This document shows, piece by piece, positions 33,411-45,068 of a stretch of 64,000 nt of DNA (the first letter of the stretch is position 1; every line of letters begins with the position of its first letter). The stretch spans positions 71,052,001 to 71,116,000 of the forward strand of contig NC_086382.1 in the NCBI RefSeq assembly GCF_036588685.1, read 5' to 3'. The stretch is from Mytilus trossulus. Taxonomy: Eukaryota. The notes under the pieces were generated by a model that was not told the origin of the DNA, made no database searches, and saw only the letters and a program-made list of their open reading frames with translations. Both the position numbers and the translations under genes were made by a program.

Positions 33411-36400
33411 TCAAACTTCTCGCAGTTTGCAAAGTTCAAAACTGTATTCTCGGTCTCTACAAAATAAGAATACTTATGTAAACATTGGTGAATGAATATA
33501 ATTCCCTTTACATAAAAGTTGCATACGAAGCTGTGATTTTGATCGGCCGAGGCATATAAAGTTATATTTTATTTCCGTATTAAATCGCAGTTTCATCGTT
33601 CAGCAAAAATGTAAAGTTTAGAATGTTAAGCTTCCCTGAATTGTTTGAAACGGTTTGTATAAGTTGCTGCGTTTCATGATTTGCTTTTTTTTTTGACAAT
33701 TTAAGGTTTATGTAACAAGTTATTATCTGAATATTTGATTAAATGTTATTATCTTTTAAATGAATAAATTGAAAATAACATTTCTTTAAACGGATACAAT
33801 TTAGAAAACCACTTTCTTCCCATAATCACCCCAACCCCTTCTCATCCGAAGTTAAATCACAAGCACTAGTTAATAGTTATATAATCAAAGGTACCAGGCA
33901 TATAATTTAATACGTCAGACGCACGTTTCGTCTACATAAGACTCATCAGTGACGCGCAAATCAAAATATATATAAAGCCAACCAAGAGCATTGAGGACCG
34001 AAACTTCCAAAAAGTTGTGCAAAAAAACGGGTGAGGTAATCTATTTCTGGGATAAGAACACCCTTCGATTTACGAAAAACACATTTTTTTTGTAACAGGA
34101 AATTTATAAAAATGACCATATAATCAATATTCAGGTCAACACCGAAGTGCTCACTACTGAGCTGGTCATACTATTGGGGACCAAACGTCCACCAGCAGTG
34201 GCATCGTCTAAAAGGTCAATATAATTTACTTGGTAATACACTTTCCTCCTTTCTCTCGGATACCGGTTGCTCGTTATGTAGAAGGGACATGACAATTGAG
34301 GAACTGCAAAACAGTGTGGATTGTCCAAGTAAAAAATGTTCACAGAACCCATACACATATCAAACTTTAAGTGTTGTTTTAAGCTATGAGTAGGCAAATT
34401 GATATACATGACAAAATGGCCAACCGAAATCACATTAACATATTGAAAAAAAATATAAAACGATATGTTTTGGTTTAAAAGGATGAATTGAGAGATATTT
34501 CCTAAATTGGCTTGATTTATACATGGTTCATTAGTAACAAATGCTAGATAAACACCACGATTAAAGCTATTGACATTTTTTGGTTATTTTCAAACTTACT
34601 CATGTCTGTTATCATGGGTGCTGGTCACGCCCCTCATTACAAAATTCAGTGGAACATCAACAGAGAAATAGGCATCCCAATTGGTATGCGATGTCTGGTA
34701 GCATTCTGTAACATCAAAACCTGCAACAATAGTAAATAAGTGTAAGTAGACAATCATGGACAACAAGAAAAACGCCAAAATCGCTAAAAACAATGCACTT
34801 ACAATACACAAAACAACTTGGTTGAATGCAGATGATTCGCTAGTAACAACCATCGTGTTGCTAATGAAAATTATTATTATTTGACAAAATAGTACCTTTC
34901 AAAATTAGTTAAATGCGATTTTTTTAATTCATTCAATCGACAACGCAATCCTTTTTTTTCGAATGTGCATGTGTTCTCTAATAGTTGTAAAGGGCAGATA
35001 TGACAGTCGCATATAATACTTACGTTTGTTCATTAACACTCCTGTGGTTCAGATAATTAATGAAGACTTTTTTGTTTATCTCCAAAGTAATTTTGTATCC
35101 CTGTCTATGATGCAAACAATACAATGATACAAACATAATATTTAAGAAATGTTTGCCGCATATTGAGAGCCTATATCTGCAGCCTTTGAAAAAATAAAAA
35201 CACAAAAATACTGAACTCCGAGGAAAATTCAAAAAGGAAAATCAAAAATCAAAAGGCAAAATCAAAAGTCCAAACACATCAAACGAATGGATAACAACTG
35301 TCATATTCCTGACTTGGTACAGGTATTTTCTAATGTAGAAAATGGTGGATTGAACCTGGTTTTATAGCTAGCTAAACCTCTCACTTGTATGACAGTCGCA
35401 TCAAATTCCATTGCATTGTCAACGATGTTTGAACAAAACAAACATACTCAAAGAGTAAAAATGTCAAAAATAGGGGTACAACAGTCAATATTGTGTTATC
35501 ATCTTAATATCACTACATAAACAACAAATGTAACAAAGAATCACAAAAAGGCATACATCAATTAAACATTCTCATTTTGCTTTTCTTATACGGCTGAATT
35601 TATCTATGTAAAGTCTATCCATAAATGATAGAAGGTTTTCATTACTGGTGTAAAATTGCGCGTTTGAAATTCGCACAGGTAGACATAAAAATAATTTTGT
35701 CGTATGACGGCATACATAAATGCAGACTCACGTAAAGTAGATATAATAAAAAAACAGACTTAACAGTAAAAGTAATAATAATAAATAAAATAATGGTGTG
35801 ATTCAAAGTATGACGGGATACATAAGTACAGTTTCACGTCAAATACGGCGGAATTTATCTATGTAAAATCTACCCATAAATGATAGAAGGTTTTCATTAC
35901 TGGTGTAAAATTGCGCGTTTGAAATTCGCACAGGTAGACATAAAAATAATTTTGAAAAGGATAATACTTATGAAAAAATTAAACAATACAAAGCAGTAAA
36001 CCAACAACCTGAAATTAAATGGAAAAAAAATCCAAAAACCAACAACCAACGGCATCAGATATACATCAGACACCAAACTTGCGGTAAAAAAAAAACATTA
36101 GTCGGAGTTGACATTCTTTGACTAGAGACTATTTTATGGCAATCGATATCTGCTTCATATTTACCGTCATGTTCACAGCAGTAGAAATCCCACCGTCTAT
36201 CTTCACTTCCATTATCGTGAATACTTCTCATTCCATGTATGTATCCATGGAATTTACATTGAAATGCAAAGAATTCATCAAAACCATTTACATAGCCTGA
36301 ATAAAAGGAATAGAAATATGATAAAGATTAAAAATCGCCTTAAAGACATTTTTTCTCGTGTCCGGTATGTGTTTCGGCAAAATATGTTGTTGATTCTTAT

Positions 36401-37075
36401 CAATCTTAAATAAAATAGTATACTAGTATGCTTAGATTTCTTTTCTCCCGATATGTTCATTTGCCTCTGTAAGTTACTTTCTTCAAAAATATGTTGCTTC
36501 TCGGTTATCAATAACTTTACTAGTTCGGCATTGTATTGAGGTGTCATTCCATATAATTATTATCAACAATGCAATAAACAAAAAACATTGCAAAAACAAG
36601 AATACTTTACATCAAGTATGAATTCTATGTATTTTTCGACACAAATCTTAAGTTTCCTTTGTTAACTAAGTTGGAATATTCTCAGACATATCAGATAAAC
36701 AAAATATAAAGAATTAAATAAAATATTTAGATGCATAGATAATTTTATTTTGTAGTCCTCACTTTAATTCAGTTTTGTATCTCGCCATATGCACATGCAA
36801 TTGTAGCCTTTGATATTTTGTTTATAAGATAGGGATATGAATTTTAGACTTTACAACCTACCACTCCATTGACATCTTGACCCAATCCCAGTAGATACCC
36901 TACAAAGAATATCAAAAATTCTATCTTCGTGACGGTTATCATGCTGACTACGGATCCCAGATACAGACTGATTGTTTGGACAAATATACTCTAGTTTTCC
37001 ATCATAATCATTCAACCAACAGTCGCATGTTGTGAAAAGGATGGCCAATGTGACGAAGATAGCTTTGGTGATCAT
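33411..37075 (-). CDS. Dermatopontin-family secreted protein (hemagglutinin/amebocyte aggregation factor-like), 4 coding exons, 170 aa
   Basis: Exons (minus): 36862-37075, 36165-36296, 34600-34720, 33411-33456; GT-AG, total 513 nt. Signal peptide MITKAIFVTLAILFTTCDC, then three internal repeats of N-x-[YFW]-D...S-x-HDN-x-x-EDR (SQHDNRHEDRIF, SIHDNGSEDRRWDFYCC, STHDNRHEDREYSFELC), typical of the dermatopontin family. Confidence 0.9.
33870..34210 (-). mobile_element. ~340-bp hammerhead-containing repeat monomer (retrozyme or Penelope-like terminal repeat)
   Basis: Contains the hammerhead at 33913-33954, and its flanks resemble those of the 38.3-kb copy (both followed by aagag..tgaggacc). Boundaries approximate. 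Confidence 0.55.
33913..33954 (-). ncRNA. Type I minimal hammerhead ribozyme, canonical core
   Basis: Minus strand reads CGTCA-CTGATGA-GTC ttatgta GAC-GAA-ACGTGCGT-C-TGACG: perfect 5-bp stem I, intact core, GUC cleavage triplet. Confidence 0.88.
35190..35955 (+). repeat. Interspersed repeat with an internal ~110-bp direct duplication (HAAF intron 2)
   Basis: acgaatggataacaactgtcatattcctgact is shared with 51695-51730; 35589-35699 is duplicated at 35844-35953. Confidence 0.65.
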
Positions 37076-38356
37076 CTTCTGAAAAAAGAAAGTTGTTTTT
37101 TGTATTCTTAAAATTAAGTTGTTAACAGCGTTATTATTCAGTTTAATTTAATGGTAAGTGGAAACGATTTACATTGATCAATATTTGATTCTTCAGCTGA
37201 GCATATTGATAGCCCCTTTATACCTTAGATTGTAATGGCCCATAGTCGAAAGAAGCATTATTCCAGGATTATGACAGTTGTTGTATATTCGTTTTATCAT
37301 ATGTTTTATCATTTAAATTTGCCATTTACATGTATTATGTTTCTACTAAATACCAAACACCCTCTAGTTACATTTGAACTAAATCAGATCATTCAAATGA
37401 TCTCTTATTTTGTTATCTCATCTGTAGTAAATGTTTTCCATTTTCAAACCTTTCACTATAACTGAGACGTGCTATTTGCCATAACTTTTATAATGAAATG
37501 ATTGAGAAATGCCTTCGCGTGAACGTCGATATGTTTGAAAGTATCATGGTTAACAGTCTAGTGTAGTTAATAAACGGTATGTTGAATGGCTGTATTTTTT
37601 TTTGATAGATTTGAATTATCAGTATATTTCCCTTCAAATCTTTTATTTTATTTAAGGAATAAACTATCAAGATATACAGAAGTACTGATGTACCTCCGAA
37701 AGGTGTATCTAAGCAATTTTGTATATGATCGTTAACATGCTAGTTACATAAACTAATCAGCCAACGAAAATAGTTTATTTCCTATTTTAGCACAAGTTTT
37801 CCTCTCATAATACAGCGTACAGTTTTACGACGGTGGGGCTACGTGTTTCGATAAGGTAAAAGTGTAAGTATTTCCCACGAGGTGAAGCAATTGTCAGTCA
37901 AAATATCAAGATCTAGAAATAGCTACAATAAAAATGGACTATTCAGACGAGTTCTCTTGCATCTTCAGATATATACTTATTTTTTCAGTCGGTACACATA
38001 TTCATGATAATGAAAGCTAAACAATTAAAAGGTGCATTTGAAATGCACAGTTATAAAATTGATTAAGCAGCAACAGCAAAGCTTTCGCAAATTTATTGAA
38101 ATCAAAAATCATGCAGCACACAGAAAAAATAATGCGTTTCACAGAGGATATTGGATATGTTCCTTACTACAGCAAGTCATAACTACAATTCAATTCCCTT
38201 TTCACCACGAATGTGACCTACCGAATTAGACTATTTCAAATGTGTCTCAGCGTAGTACTGATCGGTTGTCAATATTCCTATTTCCACTTCGTTTGAAGTG
38301 TCAATGAATTTGATAACAAACTCATCATAGATATCAGAATTGAAATTTTATATTAA

Positions 38357-38398
38357 CATCAGACGCGCGTTTCGTCTACAAAAGACTCACCAGTGACG
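38357..38398 (-). ncRNA. Type I minimal hammerhead ribozyme with a core mutation (probably inactive)
   Basis: Minus strand CGTCA-CTGGTGA-GTC ttttgta GAC-GAA-ACGCGCGT-C-TGATG; the conserved CUGA is CUGG here. Confidence 0.75.
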
Positions 38399-40352
38399 CT
38401 CGAATAAAAAATGTTGAAGAGAACTGAGGACCTAAAAGAAGTGGGTGATATTTTATAACTGTTTTATTAATTTGTCTTTGCGATGTTGGAACGGTAAACT
38501 GTCATTCGTCACCTTTCATGTAAACATATATAAGTTTATTTTTATCAATGTTAATGCCACGTTTTTGAAATAAATTACTTTTTTTAAATATGCAGTTACA
38601 ATTTTCAAAATATAATATATTTGGTATGTGAATACCATATGTGATATTCTGTAGAAAAAAATACTTTATGAAAAAAGCAATATCGCAATAAATGAATAGC
38701 AATAACGAAAACACACCCATTTGATTTAAAGAATTGAACCGATAATATCCAGATGGTTACAAATAATCAATTATATTGCACAAGATGCACTTAAGACTAA
38801 ACTTTGTGATAATTAAAAAATCATTAGAAAAGAAACAGAAGTACCAATCTTCCTTAAGTATATAGCAATACAGTGGTTTGAAGAGCTTACGAGACTTATT
38901 GCTTGATTCTTTGACAACCATTTTGAATTCATAGAATAATAACATAATACCATAATCATCATGACGACAATTGAACATATAAATAATCCAATAAACTTGA
39001 TATGAATTGATATTTGATATAAAAGTTGTCAAAGCAAAAAAAGGAAAAAATATTAAATACTTATACCAATGGAGACATAAATTCAGTTCATTTACCTCCG
39101 TTAAGTCGTGACAATTCAACCCTTTCCAGTAGATAAGATGAACACCGTTAGATAGTGTAAACATACCAACATTCATATCTTTGAAACAAGAGACTTCAAA
39201 TTATCTCGTTATTTTTGAATTAGAGAAAATATAATCTAATTCCGATAAAATTCTTGAATTCTTTTACATTTTCCGAACTCGTTGTGATCAGAAATAGCCT
39301 TTTGGAAACACATGAATTCAAAGTATAAACGAATTATCTGTAAAGTTAAAACATATATTCTCCATACCAAATACTTCGAAAACAAATTTTACAATCTTTG
39401 ACCTCGGATAAGGAAATTAATTGAGAAATTTGTAGAATTATTACTGATTGCGAGTTTGAGACTCTCTGTGTCTTGCATCTATTTCAGAATATTATCAGAT
39501 GTTAACGCTAGACCACTGTTCGACGTGAGTGTTTTTTTTTGACACGCACAAACATATTTTTCGAGCACATCTTGAACTTTCTCGGTGGGATTTTAATTAA
39601 TAAGCGCTGCTGTCAGTATCAGAAGGCGAGGGAAGGGGAGATTAAGCGTTTATTTCTCAGTGAATATGATAATAAAGAAGGCAAACAAAAACCAGTATAA
39701 ATTTCATAAAAAAACAAAATTACACATGACACTTTTATGTTAAGAATGTTAATGTATATGCTATAACATTAATTACTGTTGTTATAATAACAAATCCCCG
39801 TCTTTCGGTCTGTATTTAGACAAACTAACTGTCTTTAACATACCATTGTTGATTAGTGCAGGTTTGTTTTGTAATCCCCAATATACCAAGTACCCACAGA
39901 ATTTCAACTTGAATGCATCGATGACATATGCAAACATTAAATTAAATTACATACGATCTTCTTAAACATGTTAAAAAGGGAAGATAATTGTCTCCAATCG
40001 GTATAGACAATGAACCACATGTACAAGGTAAGAAACAAAATGTTCCTTTCCTATAAGATATAAAGATAAATTCTATACATAAAAAAGAAAAGACAAACAT
40101 TATGCAATGATTAAGCTTTTGTATGTTGTATCAAATGTACCGATAAAATAAAAGGTTTGCATATTATTGGCATGATTTATTTTTTCAGATCCGATTTACT
40201 ACAACTCTTCCTTTGGCGTGCGTGTCTTAAAAAAAAAAACACACAATTAATGGTGTTTATTTTTATTCTCTTTTACACCGTTTTCCCCAATTTTTGTGTT
40301 TTTTGTTTGTAGGAAATATATCGTAGCGAAATCAAATATCAAACAATACATA

Positions 40353-41134
40353 TGTTCCGGACCATATGAGTATCCGGACCATATGAGTATCCGGACCATA
40401 CGCGTATGGTGATGACCATATGGGTATATACTCATATGGTCCGACCATACGCGTATGGTCGGACCGTACGCGTATGGTCGGGGTAACAACACGTATACTT
40501 TTAAACTCTTTATTAGGTGTGACCCTTCTGGTTGTTACGTCACTAAAATGTCATTTTATTATATATTAAAAAAACATATAAAAAAACCAGTTTCAGACAG
40601 TTAATATTACTTACTATTTGTAAGTACAATTATAAGAAGATGTCAAAATCAAATGAACATATTGTAAAAGGAATTTTATTGTTTAAAGTTAGTAAGTGAC
40701 ATCACCGGCAAGAATCATGATATTTTACGATATTGGAGATCTAGAGTTTCTTAAAAACACCATAGACACGTCGGAATTGTCTGAGTTGATATCACTACAC
40801 GCAGCTAAAACAAGCAATCGCAGAAAAGCTACATGTATGGTACCGTGTGAATGTCATTCTAAGTATACAAAAGCATACACGAATACAATTAGCGATGTAA
40901 ACTAAGATCAACTGCGACTGTTGCATCAATATTTAGTGTTTATGTAGCTTTATGAAATGAAAAATTAATACGTATTATTTCTATTGTATATTTGAAAAAA
41001 TACCTATATGGTCCAAATACTCATATGGTCCGGCCTGTTAATAACCAAACGAGTATAATACTCATATGGTCCGACCATACGCATATGGTCATGACCATAC
41101 GCGTATGGTCCAAATACTCATATGGTCCGGAACA
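40353..41134. mobile_element. Non-autonomous TGT...ACA transposon (Ginger-like), 782 bp
   Basis: CATA|TGTTCCGGACCATATGAGTA ... TACTCATATGGTCCGGAACA|CATA: 20-bp TIR, 4-bp TSD, subterminal palindromes ACCATACGCGTATGGT. Confidence 0.85.
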
Positions 41135-41531
41135 CATACATACATAGTGAAAGGTAGGTCTTATACACATAGCGTATAGTTTACCGCTGGCAGATTTGTG
41201 AGATTTATTCTTAGTAAGATTGTTTGTGTTTTTTTTATTTTAGATTGAGAAATTGTCTTTCGTGAAGTCATGTACATTTTGATCAAGTTCTTTGCATAAT
41301 TCCGATAAAAAGGACAATTTAATCAATTTAAAGATATCCCTTACGATAAAAAAAAAAGCCCCGTATTTAAGAGTGTTTTTATTATCTTCTTTGATAAAAT
41401 GTTTTGATGCGGGGAACCTGAATTGAGATTTGCAGTGACAACAATAATATAAAATATTGAGAGGAAAGAGCATTCTAGGAAAACAATTTAGACGACAACA
41501 AAGTGGTGAGGACACCAAACAATTACTTTAA

Positions 41532-44503
41532 AGGGATAATTCGCGATTTTTCACTTTTCATCTTATTATGTTCATAATACCATAAAAAACATATTCACCA
41601 AGTTTTATTTTGATATGAAATCTAATAAAGAAGAAAATTGGGAATTATTATTTTTATTTTTTGAAACTTCCTGACTTATGTGACGTAGTTTAAGTCTTTG
41701 ATGCATGCCGGGAGTGAAAATATCTCATTTAAGTCTTGTTCGTTAACCATCTAATAACGCGGTTTAAAGCGCATCGACGACTTTTGGTGTAGCTATTAAC
41801 CAACGAAAAATAAGTGATTGCCATGAGCTTTTAAAATTAGATTGTGTGGATTTTTTAAAACGAATTTTAATAATAAAAGTAAATCATACAAAAGAACATT
41901 TTTATGATTTTTTTTCTAAAAATACTTTAAACAAACATATGAAACAGACATGATCGATACTGTATTAAAAATACATGTTTGTATTCTGACCTTCTTGCTT
42001 CGTTCCAGCAATCATTTTCACTTGCTTGTACGGTGGAAACAATAAAATGTGTATTGTTTTGTGACACCTAAAGAATGTGGAATGCGAAGTTTAACTCAAG
42101 GTAATTAAAAGATTAGTATTATGTAATTTTAATCTTTTGATCTTCATTCAGTGAAATCTAGGCGTCACGGTTCACTGGCATTTCAGGTGTGAAAAATATT
42201 TCGTATTTATAGTATCTTGTAATTCTGTACAGAACGGCTCTCTTTTTATATTTATATATTTTTACATTTAATGTAATGTTGTATTATATATTATTGAGAG
42301 ATGAGACTTAAATAAAATATTGAATTGAATTGAATCAATCTGAGACTACTATAACACATGGTAGTCTCAGTATCAATTGTAAAACGGAGTCAGACAAAGT
42401 TTCAGACACATGAATGTAAAAAAAATAAATTAAAATTAATTAACGGGATTAATAAGATCGCACAATAACTGGATAGCTGTTGTATATTTTTATATTTTGC
42501 ATTAGATCACATTTAATGATTTATGACTTTTGATTACTTAAGTAACAATAAAATACTGAATTATTTTAATTAAAGTATTTATAAATAAAAATAGCCTTCT
42601 TAACACGAGTTTATGAACTAAAAATTGTATTATTTCAAATTAGGATCGACAGCCTTAAATATTTCAAACAGATCATTAACAATTGCAATAATATATTTTA
42701 GTCCATTCAAAGTGATCTTTAATTACCTATTTAGGAATTAATGTGCTCATCAAAATATTTTAAACACATGAATACTTCAGATATTTGAAAAAGATGTTTT
42801 AAAAAATTGACAGGAAATTAAAGGACCTAATTGGAATGGAATCAACAAATTACGAACAGATATGCTTTTCAAGTGTGAAAACCATCAACAAAATTTATAC
42901 ATAATCGGGAATGTCCTTCTTAAAATACTCTTCGTCTCACACCGTAACTATAAACAATGTACAAGGAATTGTATATTTAAATATACAATTCCTTGCTATA
43001 TATAATACTTTAGCTATTTGACCAACGATGTATTAAAAAAAATGAACGAATTAAATGTCATCTTTCCCTATTTTTCAATGTAATTATAAGTCTGTTTCAA
43101 ATAACAAGAATACCACTAAAGCGGACAAGCAGTTTATTCTTTAAATTGCTGTCATTGAATATCAAGAGAGAAAATAAATTCCGAAATAGATTTGAAACTT
43201 TGATACTCTATAGTTTTCCTGGAAAATATTCACACCCCTCGGTATTAGTGTACGTCCAGTTGCGTATATATTACATGCATGCCGGAACAATTGTGATGAT
43301 GGCGAATTTCTTCCTTTTTTCGAGAACAATCTAATTGATATATAAATATCCATAACTTCGATGAGCCAAATAAAGTTATATATCGACCTGTATTTAAATC
43401 TCTTCTTCTTCTTTTGGTATACAATAGTCTATCGACATTTGATGATTACATACTGTTGGCAAACGTGGACTTGTCATTTCACAAAACTTTTGCCCCAATT
43501 TACGCAAAATGTATGTTTCTTTCTTATGTACTATGTATACATGTATATAATTTAATTTGCGCTATAGTTCCGTAACTTATATACGAATGGTCGACAAGTG
43601 CGTATATTTTTTTTAAATCAATATTTCTGGCCTTCACCATTGACATCGAGTATATTTACATTTTACCAAAAATACGTTTATAGATTTTTATTTCATCAAA
43701 TCTGGGTTTTTTTTTGTTTTTTTTGTATTATTTATATTTTTACAAATCATTTTCTTTTTTCACCAGAAATGTTATTCATAAACAAGCGTATGAGTTAAGT
43801 AATATCACTTTCGGACACGCAAGATAGAGATGTATATTATACACCTAATAGTTCAAAATGGAAAGTTATAAGTTATCGGCCGTGTACACTTATCAATACA
43901 CTAAGAAGTGAAACGATGCATGAACTTGCAAACTCGACAGGAAATCGCTTGAATACCTGGACGTGTCACCTCACACCCCCTACAATACCTTTAATTTGGG
44001 AGTAATACCTTTAGCCATGCGGGTGATCAGTGGAGCGAAGATCCTAATTTATTTGAATAAAGTTTATTACATACTTATTAGATTTCCGAAAACAATTCAA
44101 GTTTCACGGAAGACTTATTTATGATTTGAAATTTTGACTTTTCACTAATTCCTATAATCTCAGTCTAAATATAACAGATCATGGTTATTTAAAAAAAAAA
44201 AAAAAAAATCCGTATCAAGTTAGTTAACTAGTTAACTAATCGGATAAACAACCGTACGATTGACGAGATATCGACACGCAAATACGACTACATCGAGTTA
44301 CTGTAGTTTTGGTCCTTAGACATATATTGACTGCAAATCGGAGAAGGTGACAAAATGGCGGACCGGACAGAATTGATACTCTTAATTTAAAATCGATGGT
44401 GATCTCTTATCTAGCAGAATAAAACTTTAATATCTATGAATTTGAGCATTTTTATACAGAATAAACATAATATCAATTTTTGATTTTTTTGCGAAGTTTC
44501 CCT
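41532..44503. mobile_element. ~3-kb TTAA-flanked non-autonomous element (Kolobok-like) upstream of TLR A
   Basis: TTAA|AGGGATAATTCGCGA ... TTGCGAAGTTTCCCT|TTAA: imperfect TIR, no long ORF inside. Confidence 0.6.
42962..42995. repeat. Perfect 34-bp palindrome made of two 17-bp P-like TIR ends (putative excision footprint)
   Basis: CAAGGAATTGTATATTT-AAATATACAATTCCTTG; each half equals the first 17 nt of the TIR at 18757. Confidence 0.8.
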
Positions 44504-45068
44504 TTAAGATGGTTTTAAACATCTTAGATAAAAGATATAAAACAACAAAGATAAATTTCTCCTCCAAAACATGACATTCACACTTTTTTATTTATAGGCT
44601 ACCGTGGATATTTTATCAATGAAATATTTTGTACTGCAATGTTTACATGCTGTTTTTAACAGTTAAAAGGATTGTTTGTTTTTTCTCTTTATAATGGGTT
44701 CGGCTTATTCTAATTTGTTTCAATTACAAACAAGTTATTTCATAGTCAAGACGAAAGAGGTTGTAAATATAAGTTAGGAAGTTTGATTATGACTATCGAT
44801 AATGTTGAAATTTATGGGTAAAGGGAATAACACAGATTCATTTTAGCAACAAACATTGAAACACACGGAAAACTGTTCAGATTGAAATGGTAAGAATCTC
44901 AATTATCTTTGATCCTCCTACTAAAACAACATGAAAAACATTAATTTTATTTTTCTAATTTTAATTTATTTTTCAGGTACTACCTACATTTCGTATATAT
45001 CAGACCTCAACAAAATAACCAGTGAGCAATATTGCTAATATCTTGACGATCTTAACAAATGATTAAAC

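Noticed and set aside
38757-39176. 139-aa minus-strand ORF and the other 60-110-aa ORFs in introns and intergenic DNA
   Set aside because: Composition typical of random AT-rich ORFs (F/I/L/K/Y-rich); no domains or splice support.
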